This document shows, piece by piece, positions 34,369 to 42,677 of a DNA stretch of 53,261 nucleotides (position 1 is its first letter; each line of letters begins with the position of its first letter). This DNA comes from Candidatus Poribacteria bacterium. Lineage in GTDB: Bacteria; Poribacteria; WGA-4E; WGA-3G. A program made the position numbers and the translations under genes. The notes under the pieces were generated by a model. It ran no database searches, was not told the DNA's origin, and worked only from the letters and a program-made list of their open reading frames with translations. The stretch spans positions 1-53,261 of the forward strand of contig JAJECD010000218.1 in the NCBI GenBank assembly GCA_022822215.1. Reading direction: 5' to 3'.

Positions 34369-36933
34369 TTAGAGTCTTGGATCGACAGCCTCGCTTTCGA
34401 GTGCGAGAACGCCGAAAATACACTCGTGGACACGCGATAAGGGTTCACGGCGAACGAAACGCTCCAGTGCCTCAACACCCAAGGCAAACTCTCTAAGTGC
34501 CAGAGAACGTTTGTGAGAAACGCCACGGGAACGGAGACGTTCTAAATTTTGCGGCAATGTATATTCGGGTCCATAGATAATCCGCAGGTATTCACGACCT
34601 CGGCACTTTACAGCGGGTTGCACCAACCCTCGCTTGCCTCGAACGACAAAATTCAGGGGTTTGATGACGGTGCCTTCGCCTCCGTGCACCGTGAGTTCTT
34701 CCCACTGCTGAATCGCTTCCGTTTGGCTTGTGTCATCGGTCAAGTCTACGATGCCGTATCGGGTTGAAAATAATAAGCCATCTTCAGAGTTTTGACAGAG
34801 TTGGGTGAGCATTCGCGTATGCCAGAGATGGTCTTTGTCAAAATACACCTTCCCTTCCGTTGCAAGTAAGTGGAACGGTGCTAACTTCAGATCTGTAATG
34901 GATTCGACCGACCAGCAGTATTGCTGATAAGCCTTGATGTATTCGGTTACTGCCGCTGTGCGTTGGCGATAGTTTTCCAAGATACCGTCCACATCAACAC
35001 CTCGTTCAGCAGTGGTTTTTAGGGAAGCAACTGCTGCTTCCAAAGCGACACGCGCCGATGTCCCGACCGGTGCGTACTGTTGCTTTAGCAACTCCTGCGC
35101 CTTCACCGACCAAGGCATCAACTCACAGTCGAGACACATCCAATCTGTATCAAGGGTTTCCCAATAGCCGCCCTTGTCCATCGCTGCTTTTACGTTTTCG
35201 AGTAAAGCACTTTCAACCGCCGCATCATTAAAGAAAGGTCTGCCGGTACGTGTGTAACAGACACCAAGCGTGTCGTCTGCAATGCCGAATCGTTTTCTTG
35301 CGGTTTCTGGGTCGCGGCAGATAACAAGAATCGCACGAGACCCCATGTGTTTTTCTTGCCAGATAACGTTAGTTACCCCTTGCTTGTGATAATAAGCGAA
35401 GGCTTCTGTGGGATGTTCGAGCAGGTCTGGCTTGTTCGTTGTTTCGGTTGGGGACATCGTGGGCGGAAGATATATAAGCCATTTGGGATGGACGGCGAAA
35501 CGGCTAATCGCTTCTAACGCCGTTATAGCATTCTCTTCGCGGATTGTTAGGTTGCCGTGTAACCGCGTGCTGATAACGCGTCTTCCCAGTACATCGTTGA
35601 TGTCTAAGATGTCGTCGTATGCCTGTGTTTTGATGGCAGATGGTTTATCCGTTTCATTAAGAAATGGTTTCACGGGTTCGTAATATGTCCGGTGAGCGGC
35701 GACAGATACCAACTCTTTTTCAGGGTATCGCAACGCCGTGAGTTCGCCGCCGAAAACGCATCCGGTATCGATATTGATTGTACGGTTTACCCATTGTGGC
35801 TCGGTAACTGGTGTGTGTCCGTAGACGACCGTTGCAGTCCCTCGGTATTCCTCTGCCCAGTTGAGCCGGATGGGGAATCCGAACTCATCAGTTTCTCCAG
35901 TGGTTTCGCCGTACATTGCGAATTCCCGTACGCGTCCTGATGCGCGTCCCTGTAGTTCCGCTTTCATTCCGGCGTGAGCGACAACTAACTTCCCGTCGTC
36001 AAGCACATAGTGGCTCACTAAGCCGTCTAAGAATTCTGTGATGTGTGTTTTAAATTCTGTTGATTCTACCTCTAATTGTGTCAGTGATTCCGCCAGTCCG
36101 TGTGTCCGCTTCACATTTCTCCCGCGGAGTGCCCGCACCAGTTTCACATCGTGATTCCCCGGTACGCAGAGCGCTGCACCGGTTTCATGCATCCGCATGA
36201 TAAGTCGCAAGACTTCAGGGACCTTTGGTCCTCGGTCAACATAATCTCCTACGAAAACGGCTTTTCTGCCTTCTGGCGGTTCAACAGTGAGGTCTCCGTT
36301 TGATTGTGTTGAGATTTGATAACCGAGTTTTTGGAGCAATTCAACCAGTTCGTCAAAACAACCGTGAATATCACCAATAATGTCAAAGGGACCTGGCTCG
36401 TCTGTACGGTTTGACCACAAGGGTTGTCGTTCGACGCGAGCGGCTGCAACGGTTTCGGGAGTAGACATCACATAGAGGAACTGCCGGAAACCTTCGCGCT
36501 TGAGATGACGCAGGGAACGACGCAGTTGCTGGTGCTGTTGTCGGATGACGTGCGGTTTTAAGTCGCGATCGGGTCGTGTTGCGTTTCTTTCCTGACAGAG
36601 TTTCGTGGGCATGTTGAACACGATGGCGACGGTTAGGTAATGATATTCGCGCGCCAGTGCAAGGAGCGGTTTTCGTGCGTCTCCCTGGACGTTGGTTGCG
36701 TCAATGACTGTCAGTTTTCCGGCGGCGAGCCGTTTGGCAGCGATGAACCGTAGTACCTCAAACGCGTCGTTTGTCGCTGTTTGGTCGGTTTCATCGTCCG
36801 AAACGAGACCTCTACAGAAATCGGATGAGAGGACTTCGGTCGGCTTAAAATGCTTACTTGCAAAGGTGGACTTGCCTGAACCTGAGGGTCCGATGAGGAG
36901 GACGAGTGAGGGTTCAGGAATTCTTAGAATCAT
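34369..36933 (-). CDS. pnkp: Polynucleotide kinase-phosphatase (kinase, metallophosphatase, ligase-like adenylyltransferase)
   Basis: P-loop GPSGSGKST; metallophosphoesterase GDIHGC..GDYVDRG..GNHD; C-terminal nucleotidyltransferase with EKHMGSRA (KxxG). 854 aa. 4-nt overlap with hen1. Confidence 0.85.
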   Translation of the reverse strand: MILRIPEPSLVLLIGPSGSGKSTFASKHFKPTEVLSSDFCRGLVSDDETDQTATNDAFEVLRFIAAKRLAAGKLTVIDATNVQGDARKPLLALAREYHYLTVAIVFNMPTKLCQERNATRPDRDLKPHVIRQQHQQLRRSLRHLKREGFRQFLYVMSTPETVAAARVERQPLWSNRTDEPGPFDIIGDIHGCFDELVELLQKLGYQISTQSNGDLTVEPPEGRKAVFVGDYVDRGPKVPEVLRLIMRMHETGAALCVPGNHDVKLVRALRGRNVKRTHGLAESLTQLEVESTEFKTHITEFLDGLVSHYVLDDGKLVVAHAGMKAELQGRASGRVREFAMYGETTGETDEFGFPIRLNWAEEYRGTATVVYGHTPVTEPQWVNRTINIDTGCVFGGELTALRYPEKELVSVAAHRTYYEPVKPFLNETDKPSAIKTQAYDDILDINDVLGRRVISTRLHGNLTIREENAITALEAISRFAVHPKWLIYLPPTMSPTETTNKPDLLEHPTEAFAYYHKQGVTNVIWQEKHMGSRAILVICRDPETARKRFGIADDTLGVCYTRTGRPFFNDAAVESALLENVKAAMDKGGYWETLDTDWMCLDCELMPWSVKAQELLKQQYAPVGTSARVALEAAVASLKTTAERGVDVDGILENYRQRTAAVTEYIKAYQQYCWSVESITDLKLAPFHLLATEGKVYFDKDHLWHTRMLTQLCQNSEDGLLFSTRYGIVDLTDDTSQTEAIQQWEELTVHGGEGTVIKPLNFVVRGKRGLVQPAVKCRGREYLRIIYGPEYTLPQNLERLRSRGVSHKRSLALREFALGVEALERFVRREPLSRVHECIFGVLALESEAVDPRL

Positions 36934-38348
36934 GTTATCTGTTTTCCCTGATCTTCTCGGGTAAAGACTGCCATCTGCGTTGGCGCGCCAACGTCTTCAG
37001 TTGTTGGTCCGATCGGGTGAAACGTAACAGCATAGCCGAAGCGTTCGGAAATACGAGTTGCCCAAGACTGAAACTCGTCCCGTGTCCACTCAAAACGGTG
37101 GTCTTTATGTCGGAAGTGTCCGCCTTGCAGGTGCTCAAATTGGGTGTTGTATTCTCTGTTGGGTGTTGTCAGCACAACTGTTCGGGGGCGGGCGAATTCA
37201 AAAAGGACGCGTTCAAAAGCGGCAAGTCGTGGTAAATCTAAGTGTTCAATCACCTCTATAATTGCAGCTGCGTCGTATCCGGCGAGACGTTTGTCTCGAT
37301 AGTTGAGGGATCCTTGGAACAAGTGAAGTCGTTTTTTTTCATTCTCTGGCAACCGATCGTAATGAAGCCGTTCATGCGCGATTTTCAAAGCACGGTGCGA
37401 AACGTCCATGCCGACAATCTCTTCAAACTGCTTTTCATGCAAAAGCTTACGAAGAAGTTTCCCTTCACCGCACCCTAAATCGAGAACGCGTTTCGCGCCG
37501 TACTGTTTAAGTGCTTCAGTAACCCTCTGCAAACGGACTTCATTCAGACCGATTGGTGCTTCGACTTGTGCTTCTTCTGCTGCTTGGATGGTCTCGTCGA
37601 TTTGTTCAGGATCTATATCGCATAATTGGGCGAGTGCTTGATTGGTAAGCGGACGTAGATGTTTCAAGTAGCGACGGACAATGGATTCATGTTCTGGATG
37701 TGCGGCGAGCCAATTTTCACCGTGTTTTAAGAGTTTCTCAATTTCTGCCTCGTCAACCCAGTAGTGTTTTTCATCGTCAAGCACCGGAATCAAAACGTAA
37801 AGGTGCGTGAGGAGTTCGCTTAAACGGCAAGTATTTTGCAGGGTGACAGTGAAATAGCGACTCTCGCCCCAAGCCGAAAATTGTGCATCTAAAATGTGCC
37901 TTTCCACTGTTATCTTATAACCGAGTGGCTCGAAAAGTCTCCGCAACAATTGTTCGCCACCTTGACACGGGAGGATGGATAACTTCGCCTTTAAAGGAAT
38001 CGCTGTCTCGGCAAGTTCTGGGCGTTCTTTGCTTTTACTGGATAACGCACTGCTAAACACCTGCGCGATTGCGACGCTCAGGAACGACGAAGCAACATAA
38101 GGACGATCGCTGACGTAGGGTGCCAGTGCGAAATTCTCCCCGAATCGTCCATGTGGGCGGCGGGTCAGCCCAACGGTATCTATATCGAGTAGCAGCGCTA
38201 CTGTGCACTTCTCCGGGCGTGCCTCTGGATAGAAGACGTGTGCTTGTCCAAAGGCAAGCTTAAAGGATTGGATTCGCTCAGGGTGTTTGTGCAACAGATA
38301 TCCGATGTCTGTCGCTGGGGAGTATGTCGTTGATATGGTCAGGAGCAT
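36930..38348 (-). CDS. hen1: 3'-terminal RNA ribose 2'-O-methyltransferase Hen1
   Basis: MLLTISTTYSPATDIGYLLHKHPER N-terminus. SAM motif VLDLGCGEGKLL and IEVIEHLD in the C-terminal domain. 472 aa, directly upstream of pnkp. Confidence 0.85.
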   Translation of the reverse strand: MLLTISTTYSPATDIGYLLHKHPERIQSFKLAFGQAHVFYPEARPEKCTVALLLDIDTVGLTRRPHGRFGENFALAPYVSDRPYVASSFLSVAIAQVFSSALSSKSKERPELAETAIPLKAKLSILPCQGGEQLLRRLFEPLGYKITVERHILDAQFSAWGESRYFTVTLQNTCRLSELLTHLYVLIPVLDDEKHYWVDEAEIEKLLKHGENWLAAHPEHESIVRRYLKHLRPLTNQALAQLCDIDPEQIDETIQAAEEAQVEAPIGLNEVRLQRVTEALKQYGAKRVLDLGCGEGKLLRKLLHEKQFEEIVGMDVSHRALKIAHERLHYDRLPENEKKRLHLFQGSLNYRDKRLAGYDAAAIIEVIEHLDLPRLAAFERVLFEFARPRTVVLTTPNREYNTQFEHLQGGHFRHKDHRFEWTRDEFQSWATRISERFGYAVTFHPIGPTTEDVGAPTQMAVFTREDQGKQIT

Positions 38349-38383
38349 AACAGGTCTTCAAATTTTATGGGAATTTTCCTTAA

Positions 38384-38407
38384 AAATGTTACACTTGTGT
38401 AACATTT
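38384..38407. promoter_or_regulatory. Perfect 11-bp inverted repeat (candidate operator), 36-59 nt upstream of hen1
   Basis: AAATGTTACAC-tt-GTGTAACATTT. A TAAAAT hexamer (minus strand) lies between it and the hen1 ATG. Confidence 0.55.
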
Positions 38408-38501
38408 AGTGGGCAGTGGTTACTTGCGTCGAACCCAGTGACTGTAAGGGTTTATAGCACCTTCTTTCTGATTTTCCTGCTGTGAAAAAAATAATTTGTT
38501 G

Positions 38502-38597
38502 CCATGGGTATTGCTCCTTTTCCATAAGACGTGTGAAAACAGGTGTTAAGTATTTAGTTGGGTCTATATTGTGTGTTAATTATAACCGAAAATCGGG
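38502..38597 (-). repeat. Leader/promoter repeat, copy 2 (upstream of hen1-pnkp), with a 17-codon ORF remnant at 38452..38505
   Basis: Same element as 34228..34325, including GGAG and ATG. Here the ATG opens only MATNYFFHSRKIRKKVL*. Confidence 0.8.
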
Positions 38598-38613
38598 AGG
38601 ATGTCAAATGTTT

Positions 38614-39336
38614 TTATTTTCCCAACGTTATCATCCCACAACCGATTCTGGCACCACCGCCCGGTTGAATTGGCGGGACTGTTGCTGATGTGTTGGCGTG
38701 GGAATGTGGGGGTGTCCCGGGTGGGTGTTCGTGTGGTTGGACCATCTGTGTGTCCATCTCCATGTTCATGTCCATATTTTCCATATTCGTATCCATCTGC
38801 ATCTGATGTGCGTGCGGATGGGTTAGGAAAGTGTCGGCTGTTTCGTGAATCATGATTAGTTTGCCGAGGATGTCGGTGTTCGGATCTCCACCGAGGGACC
38901 AGAACGGTGTTGTAAATTCAAGCGTACCCGTGCCATTTTCGCTGACCAAAATGTTTCCGATTTCGCCTACACCGATGGGGGGTGTATCGAGTGTCGCTTG
39001 AACGACCGGTATACCCGGTGTACCTGCTGGAATTCCCATGGGATGCCAGTGCGGTCCAATATCGGTGCAGCTGCCTGTATGGAGATGCATTGCGTGTAGA
39101 CCGGCGATAGCGTTCTGGATTTCAATGCGAACGTGAACGCCGCTATCTACTTCCGTAAAGGTGGCGGTGCCAGTGATACCGCTTCCGTCTATCTCGGAGA
39201 TTGTAGCGACTGCGATTTTGTCTGCAGGTGCTGCGGTAATAACCTGTGTCGGGATTTTTTCGCAGCCGGTTGCGAAACATATTGTGATAATGAGGGTTAT
39301 TAGTGCTGTGTAGATGTAGGGTCTTCTGGTGTCCAT
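38614..39336 (-). CDS. Cu,Zn-superoxide-dismutase-like lipoprotein with a Met/His-rich C-terminal tail
   Basis: Lipobox FATGC. GLHAMHLHTGSC..GPHWHP..GEIGNI..IMIHETAD are SodC-like Cu-site motifs; the Zn loop is not obvious. Tail: HPHAHQMQMDTNMENMDMNMEMDTQMVQPHEHPPGTPPHSH. Confidence 0.65.
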   Translation of the reverse strand: MDTRRPYIYTALITLIITICFATGCEKIPTQVITAAPADKIAVATISEIDGSGITGTATFTEVDSGVHVRIEIQNAIAGLHAMHLHTGSCTDIGPHWHPMGIPAGTPGIPVVQATLDTPPIGVGEIGNILVSENGTGTLEFTTPFWSLGGDPNTDILGKLIMIHETADTFLTHPHAHQMQMDTNMENMDMNMEMDTQMVQPHEHPPGTPPHSHANTSATVPPIQPGGGARIGCGMITLGK

Positions 39337-39405
39337 AGTGTATTACGAATGCCTCCTTTCAAAAGGCGCGAACTGAGTTTATGCGACAAACTTGTGGTAA
39401 ATATT

Positions 39406-40578
39406 TTACCACACTTCAAAAGCATATTGCCAACCGGCGATGAGTGTCCATGTTAACGGCATCTGTGGTCCGTCGAGGTTCTGATAGATAGGCATCTGAA
39501 ACTCGACGGCGAATCGTTGACCTGCCAGAATTCCGCTGAGTCTGTCAGGGAAAATAAGGTTCATACCAACCGATAAGCTGCCCCGTGCACCGCTCTGAAG
39601 CTTTGGATCCATTGTTGGGGACATATATGCAGGTTGTGTGGTTCCTGCTGGTGCAGCGTGGCTGTGGTGGTCGTGTGAGGCGTGCTCATCTTCATGTGCG
39701 TGGGATTCCGTTTCGGTGTGTTCGGTGAAGGTGGTAATGTTACCCCAAGTCTCCAATGAGCCGCGTAAAGAAACACTAAGCCAATCGTTGAGTCTACGCG
39801 CGCCCCAAAGCGTGGAACCGATGGTAGGTGCTAATCTATAATCTTGACTGTTTTTGTTGAGCGGGATCGCGCTACGGGTTTGTAGACCGTAGGACCAGGA
39901 TCCGTGTGTTGCTGCAAAAGTTGCTCCGGGTCTCAGTTCAAAAGAACCCGACCCCAATTGCATCGGATAGGGTAAAACGGTTACCTCACTCCCGCCGTGT
40001 GAACCTTCTACAGTGATGGAGCCTGTTGGTATAGAGACACCGGCGTTGAGGAGAAAATCGGCGTTTGATGTGTTAAGGAGTGGAATCAGGGCAGAAAGTC
40101 TGAGGTCGCCGAGTCCAGCACTCTCCATTTCGAGGTGTCCTACTGCATGGTCGTGTCCGCCAGAAGTGTGGAGATGCGCACCTTCCATTTCCATGAAGTT
40201 GCGGCGGTAACTGGTCATTGCCATGAGCGTAATACGATCATGAGGTGCAAGCATTGCCCCGAACATGTGCATCTGCATTTGCATCGTGAGAGGCACCATT
40301 GCATAGGCGTAGAGTGCTTCTTCTGTTGGGATCGGGTCGGTCCCGTCTTGGAGACCGTCCATCGCCATCCCCATGAAACGGTAGGAGAGCATCAGTTCTC
40401 CTGCGCCGTGGGCATGATCACCCATAACACCGAGCGGGGCATGACTATCGGGACGGGTTGATGTGATTTGGTGAGTCGATTCTTCGTCTGTTGGTGTGTG
40501 GATGCCATTTGCAAACGCGTCTATAGTCCCCCAGAGAAGTAGGAGGCAGACAATCCACGCTTTTTTGGGTGTTTTCAT
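39406..40578 (-). CDS. Outer-membrane beta-barrel 'transporter'-type protein with His-rich loops
   Basis: Signal peptide. HAPLGVMGDHAHGAGELMLSYRFMGMAM N-terminal motif. HTETESHAHEDEHASHDHHSH loop. C-terminal ..WQYAFEVW. Confidence 0.5.
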   Translation of the reverse strand: MKTPKKAWIVCLLLLWGTIDAFANGIHTPTDEESTHQITSTRPDSHAPLGVMGDHAHGAGELMLSYRFMGMAMDGLQDGTDPIPTEEALYAYAMVPLTMQMQMHMFGAMLAPHDRITLMAMTSYRRNFMEMEGAHLHTSGGHDHAVGHLEMESAGLGDLRLSALIPLLNTSNADFLLNAGVSIPTGSITVEGSHGGSEVTVLPYPMQLGSGSFELRPGATFAATHGSWSYGLQTRSAIPLNKNSQDYRLAPTIGSTLWGARRLNDWLSVSLRGSLETWGNITTFTEHTETESHAHEDEHASHDHHSHAAPAGTTQPAYMSPTMDPKLQSGARGSLSVGMNLIFPDRLSGILAGQRFAVEFQMPIYQNLDGPQMPLTWTLIAGWQYAFEVW

Positions 40579-40688
40579 GAATGTCCTTTCGGGTTTTATG
40601 GTAATGTTGATTGGAGTGCTTTCGGTTTCTAAGATATTATACCTATCTTTTTTTATTTTTTCAATTGAATCGGTTTATTGATTAGGGC

Positions 40689-40716
40689 TTGACATTTCGT
40701 TGTGTATTGATACAAT
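40689..40716 (+). promoter_or_regulatory. Near-consensus sigma70 promoter
   Basis: TTGACA, 16-nt spacer, TACAAT. Followed at 40721..40733 by the palindrome AGACTA-a-TAGTCT. Confidence 0.55.
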
Positions 40717-40802
40717 GCACAGACTAATAGTCTATGCTACAAGGCTATTGAGAAGTTTTCAATTAGATAGAAATGGTATTACCTAAAGCATGGAGGAATG
40801 AG

Positions 40803-41651
40803 ATGGGATATAAATTAGATCCAAACGCGATGTATCGGATGCCGACACATTTTGGACCGAGAACGGGCCCGAGATACGGACCGGATGGCAGAAAGTTTGC
40901 GTGTAAAGATAACCCGAAATCGACATCGGTTACAGTGAGTTTTTTGACGAATAGTGAACAACTTGAGGCTTTTCTGCCACCAGGCTTCTCGCTGAATGGT
41001 GAACCCGTTGTGTCTGTGTCTGGGGGCTATATGAAAGAGATCGAGTGGCTTGCAGGACGCGGCTACAATACCCTCGGCGTTAGCTTTCCAGCGGTTTATG
41101 ATGGCGAAGTAGATAGGGCAACCGGTTCTCTGTTGACAGTGCTGTGGGAGAACTTGACAGACCCGATTTTGACGGGACGTGAGGAGTTGGGTTTCTCCAA
41201 AATTTATTGCGAACTTCCCGATCCGCTCACTTTTGCGGGTGAAACGCACTGCACTGCGAGTTGGATGGGTTTCAAGTTCATGGATATGCGCGTGAGAGCG
41301 ACGGAGCAGGTGCCGATACCCCCCGCATCCCCTCCAACGCAGCAGCCGAGCGGTGAGCAGCCCCTCACGGGGACACTCCACTATAAATACATGCCGCGGA
41401 CGGGTGAATGGGGGACTGCGGATATTGCCTACGCTGTGCTAACGCCTGCGAGCTCGCCGAACCGTGTCGTGCAGGAGCATTGGCGCGGTGAAGGGACGGT
41501 AGAGTTCCATAAAGCCCGTTGGGAAGACTTGCCGACGCAGTATAACATCGTCAACGCCTTTCACGCATTGGAAGTCAAGGAGTGGCGGGGCGCGTCTATC
41601 GTCAAAAGTGTCGGTGGGAAGGATTTGAGCGATCAACGTATCTTGCGTTAA
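40803..41651 (+). CDS. Acetoacetate decarboxylase (ADC) family protein
   Basis: ATG at 40803 after GGAGG. MYRMPTHFGP.. and GREELGFSKIY resemble ADC-family motifs. The ORF track extends to 40773. Confidence 0.55.
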   Translation: MGYKLDPNAMYRMPTHFGPRTGPRYGPDGRKFACKDNPKSTSVTVSFLTNSEQLEAFLPPGFSLNGEPVVSVSGGYMKEIEWLAGRGYNTLGVSFPAVYDGEVDRATGSLLTVLWENLTDPILTGREELGFSKIYCELPDPLTFAGETHCTASWMGFKFMDMRVRATEQVPIPPASPPTQQPSGEQPLTGTLHYKYMPRTGEWGTADIAYAVLTPASSPNRVVQEHWRGEGTVEFHKARWEDLPTQYNIVNAFHALEVKEWRGASIVKSVGGKDLSDQRILR

Positions 41652-41657
41652 TTCATA

Positions 41658-42494
41658 TCAATCCATGACCGTACCGCCTGAGACGGTAATGGAGACCCCT
41701 GTTAGGTAGGCGGCTTCGTCTGAGGCGAGGAAAGCTGCCATTTTGGCAACGTCTGTGCCCTCGGCGAGTCGCCCGATAGGGACGGCTGCCTCGGAACGGC
41801 GAGTGTATTCCGTGAGCTGCTCATCGGCGGAAAGCGTATCGGGCATGAGCACGGATGCCAGATGTCCCATGCGCTCTGTGTCTACAAGTCCGGGGCAAAT
41901 CGCATTGACGTTGACCTGATAAGGTGCGAGTTCTTGTGCGAGGCACTGTGTGAAACCGATGACGGCGAATTTTGAGGCACTGTATGCGGCGAAGCGCGCC
42001 GATCCGCGTTTTCCGGTAACGGATGACATATTGATAATTTTGCCGCCTGTTCCTTGTGCGATGAGATGGCGTGCTACTGCCTGAGAACAGAGGAATACGC
42101 CTTTGACATTGACCCGTTGCACTCGATCCCAATCTTCTTCGGCGAGATCGACGACAGGTAGGCGGTCCTTGCCAGCGATTGTTCCGGCGTTGTTAACAAG
42201 AATGTCAATCTTCCCGAAATGTGCGACGGTCTGGTCTACCATCTGTTGCACCTGTTCTGCATCCCCAACATCTGCAACGACGCTGATGGCGCGTCGTCCC
42301 ATCGCCTCAATCTCACGCACGAGGTCGGGGAGTCCTTGCCAGTCTCCTTGATCGGTAGCGTAGGGATGTTCAGCGATGTCGTTGACGGCGACATCGGCAC
42401 CTTCTTGTGCTAATCGGGTTGCGATGGCGCGTCCGATGCCGTTTCTGCCGCCTGCACCTGTTACTAAGGCGACTTTTCCGTTTAAGTTGTACAT
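41658..42494 (-). CDS. SDR oxidoreductase (FabG-like)
   Basis: KVALVTGAGGRNGIGRAIA; NNAG; the catalytic YxxxK in YSASKFAV. Confidence 0.85.
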   Translation of the reverse strand: MYNLNGKVALVTGAGGRNGIGRAIATRLAQEGADVAVNDIAEHPYATDQGDWQGLPDLVREIEAMGRRAISVVADVGDAEQVQQMVDQTVAHFGKIDILVNNAGTIAGKDRLPVVDLAEEDWDRVQRVNVKGVFLCSQAVARHLIAQGTGGKIINMSSVTGKRGSARFAAYSASKFAVIGFTQCLAQELAPYQVNVNAICPGLVDTERMGHLASVLMPDTLSADEQLTEYTRRSEAAVPIGRLAEGTDVAKMAAFLASDEAAYLTGVSITVSGGTVMD

Positions 42495-42677
42495 TTAGAT
42501 ATGGCTCCTTGGCATTGTGTTGTTTTTTGGATGTGCAGAGTATAGCAGATGCTTAAGGTGATGTCAAATTGGAGGGTCAGAAATCTTTGGTTTTTCGCTG
42601 GATCTATGATATACTTTTCCTCGTCTGCAATCTAATTTTTCCTTGTCTGCTAATCCTAAACGTGCTATTATGCACTT

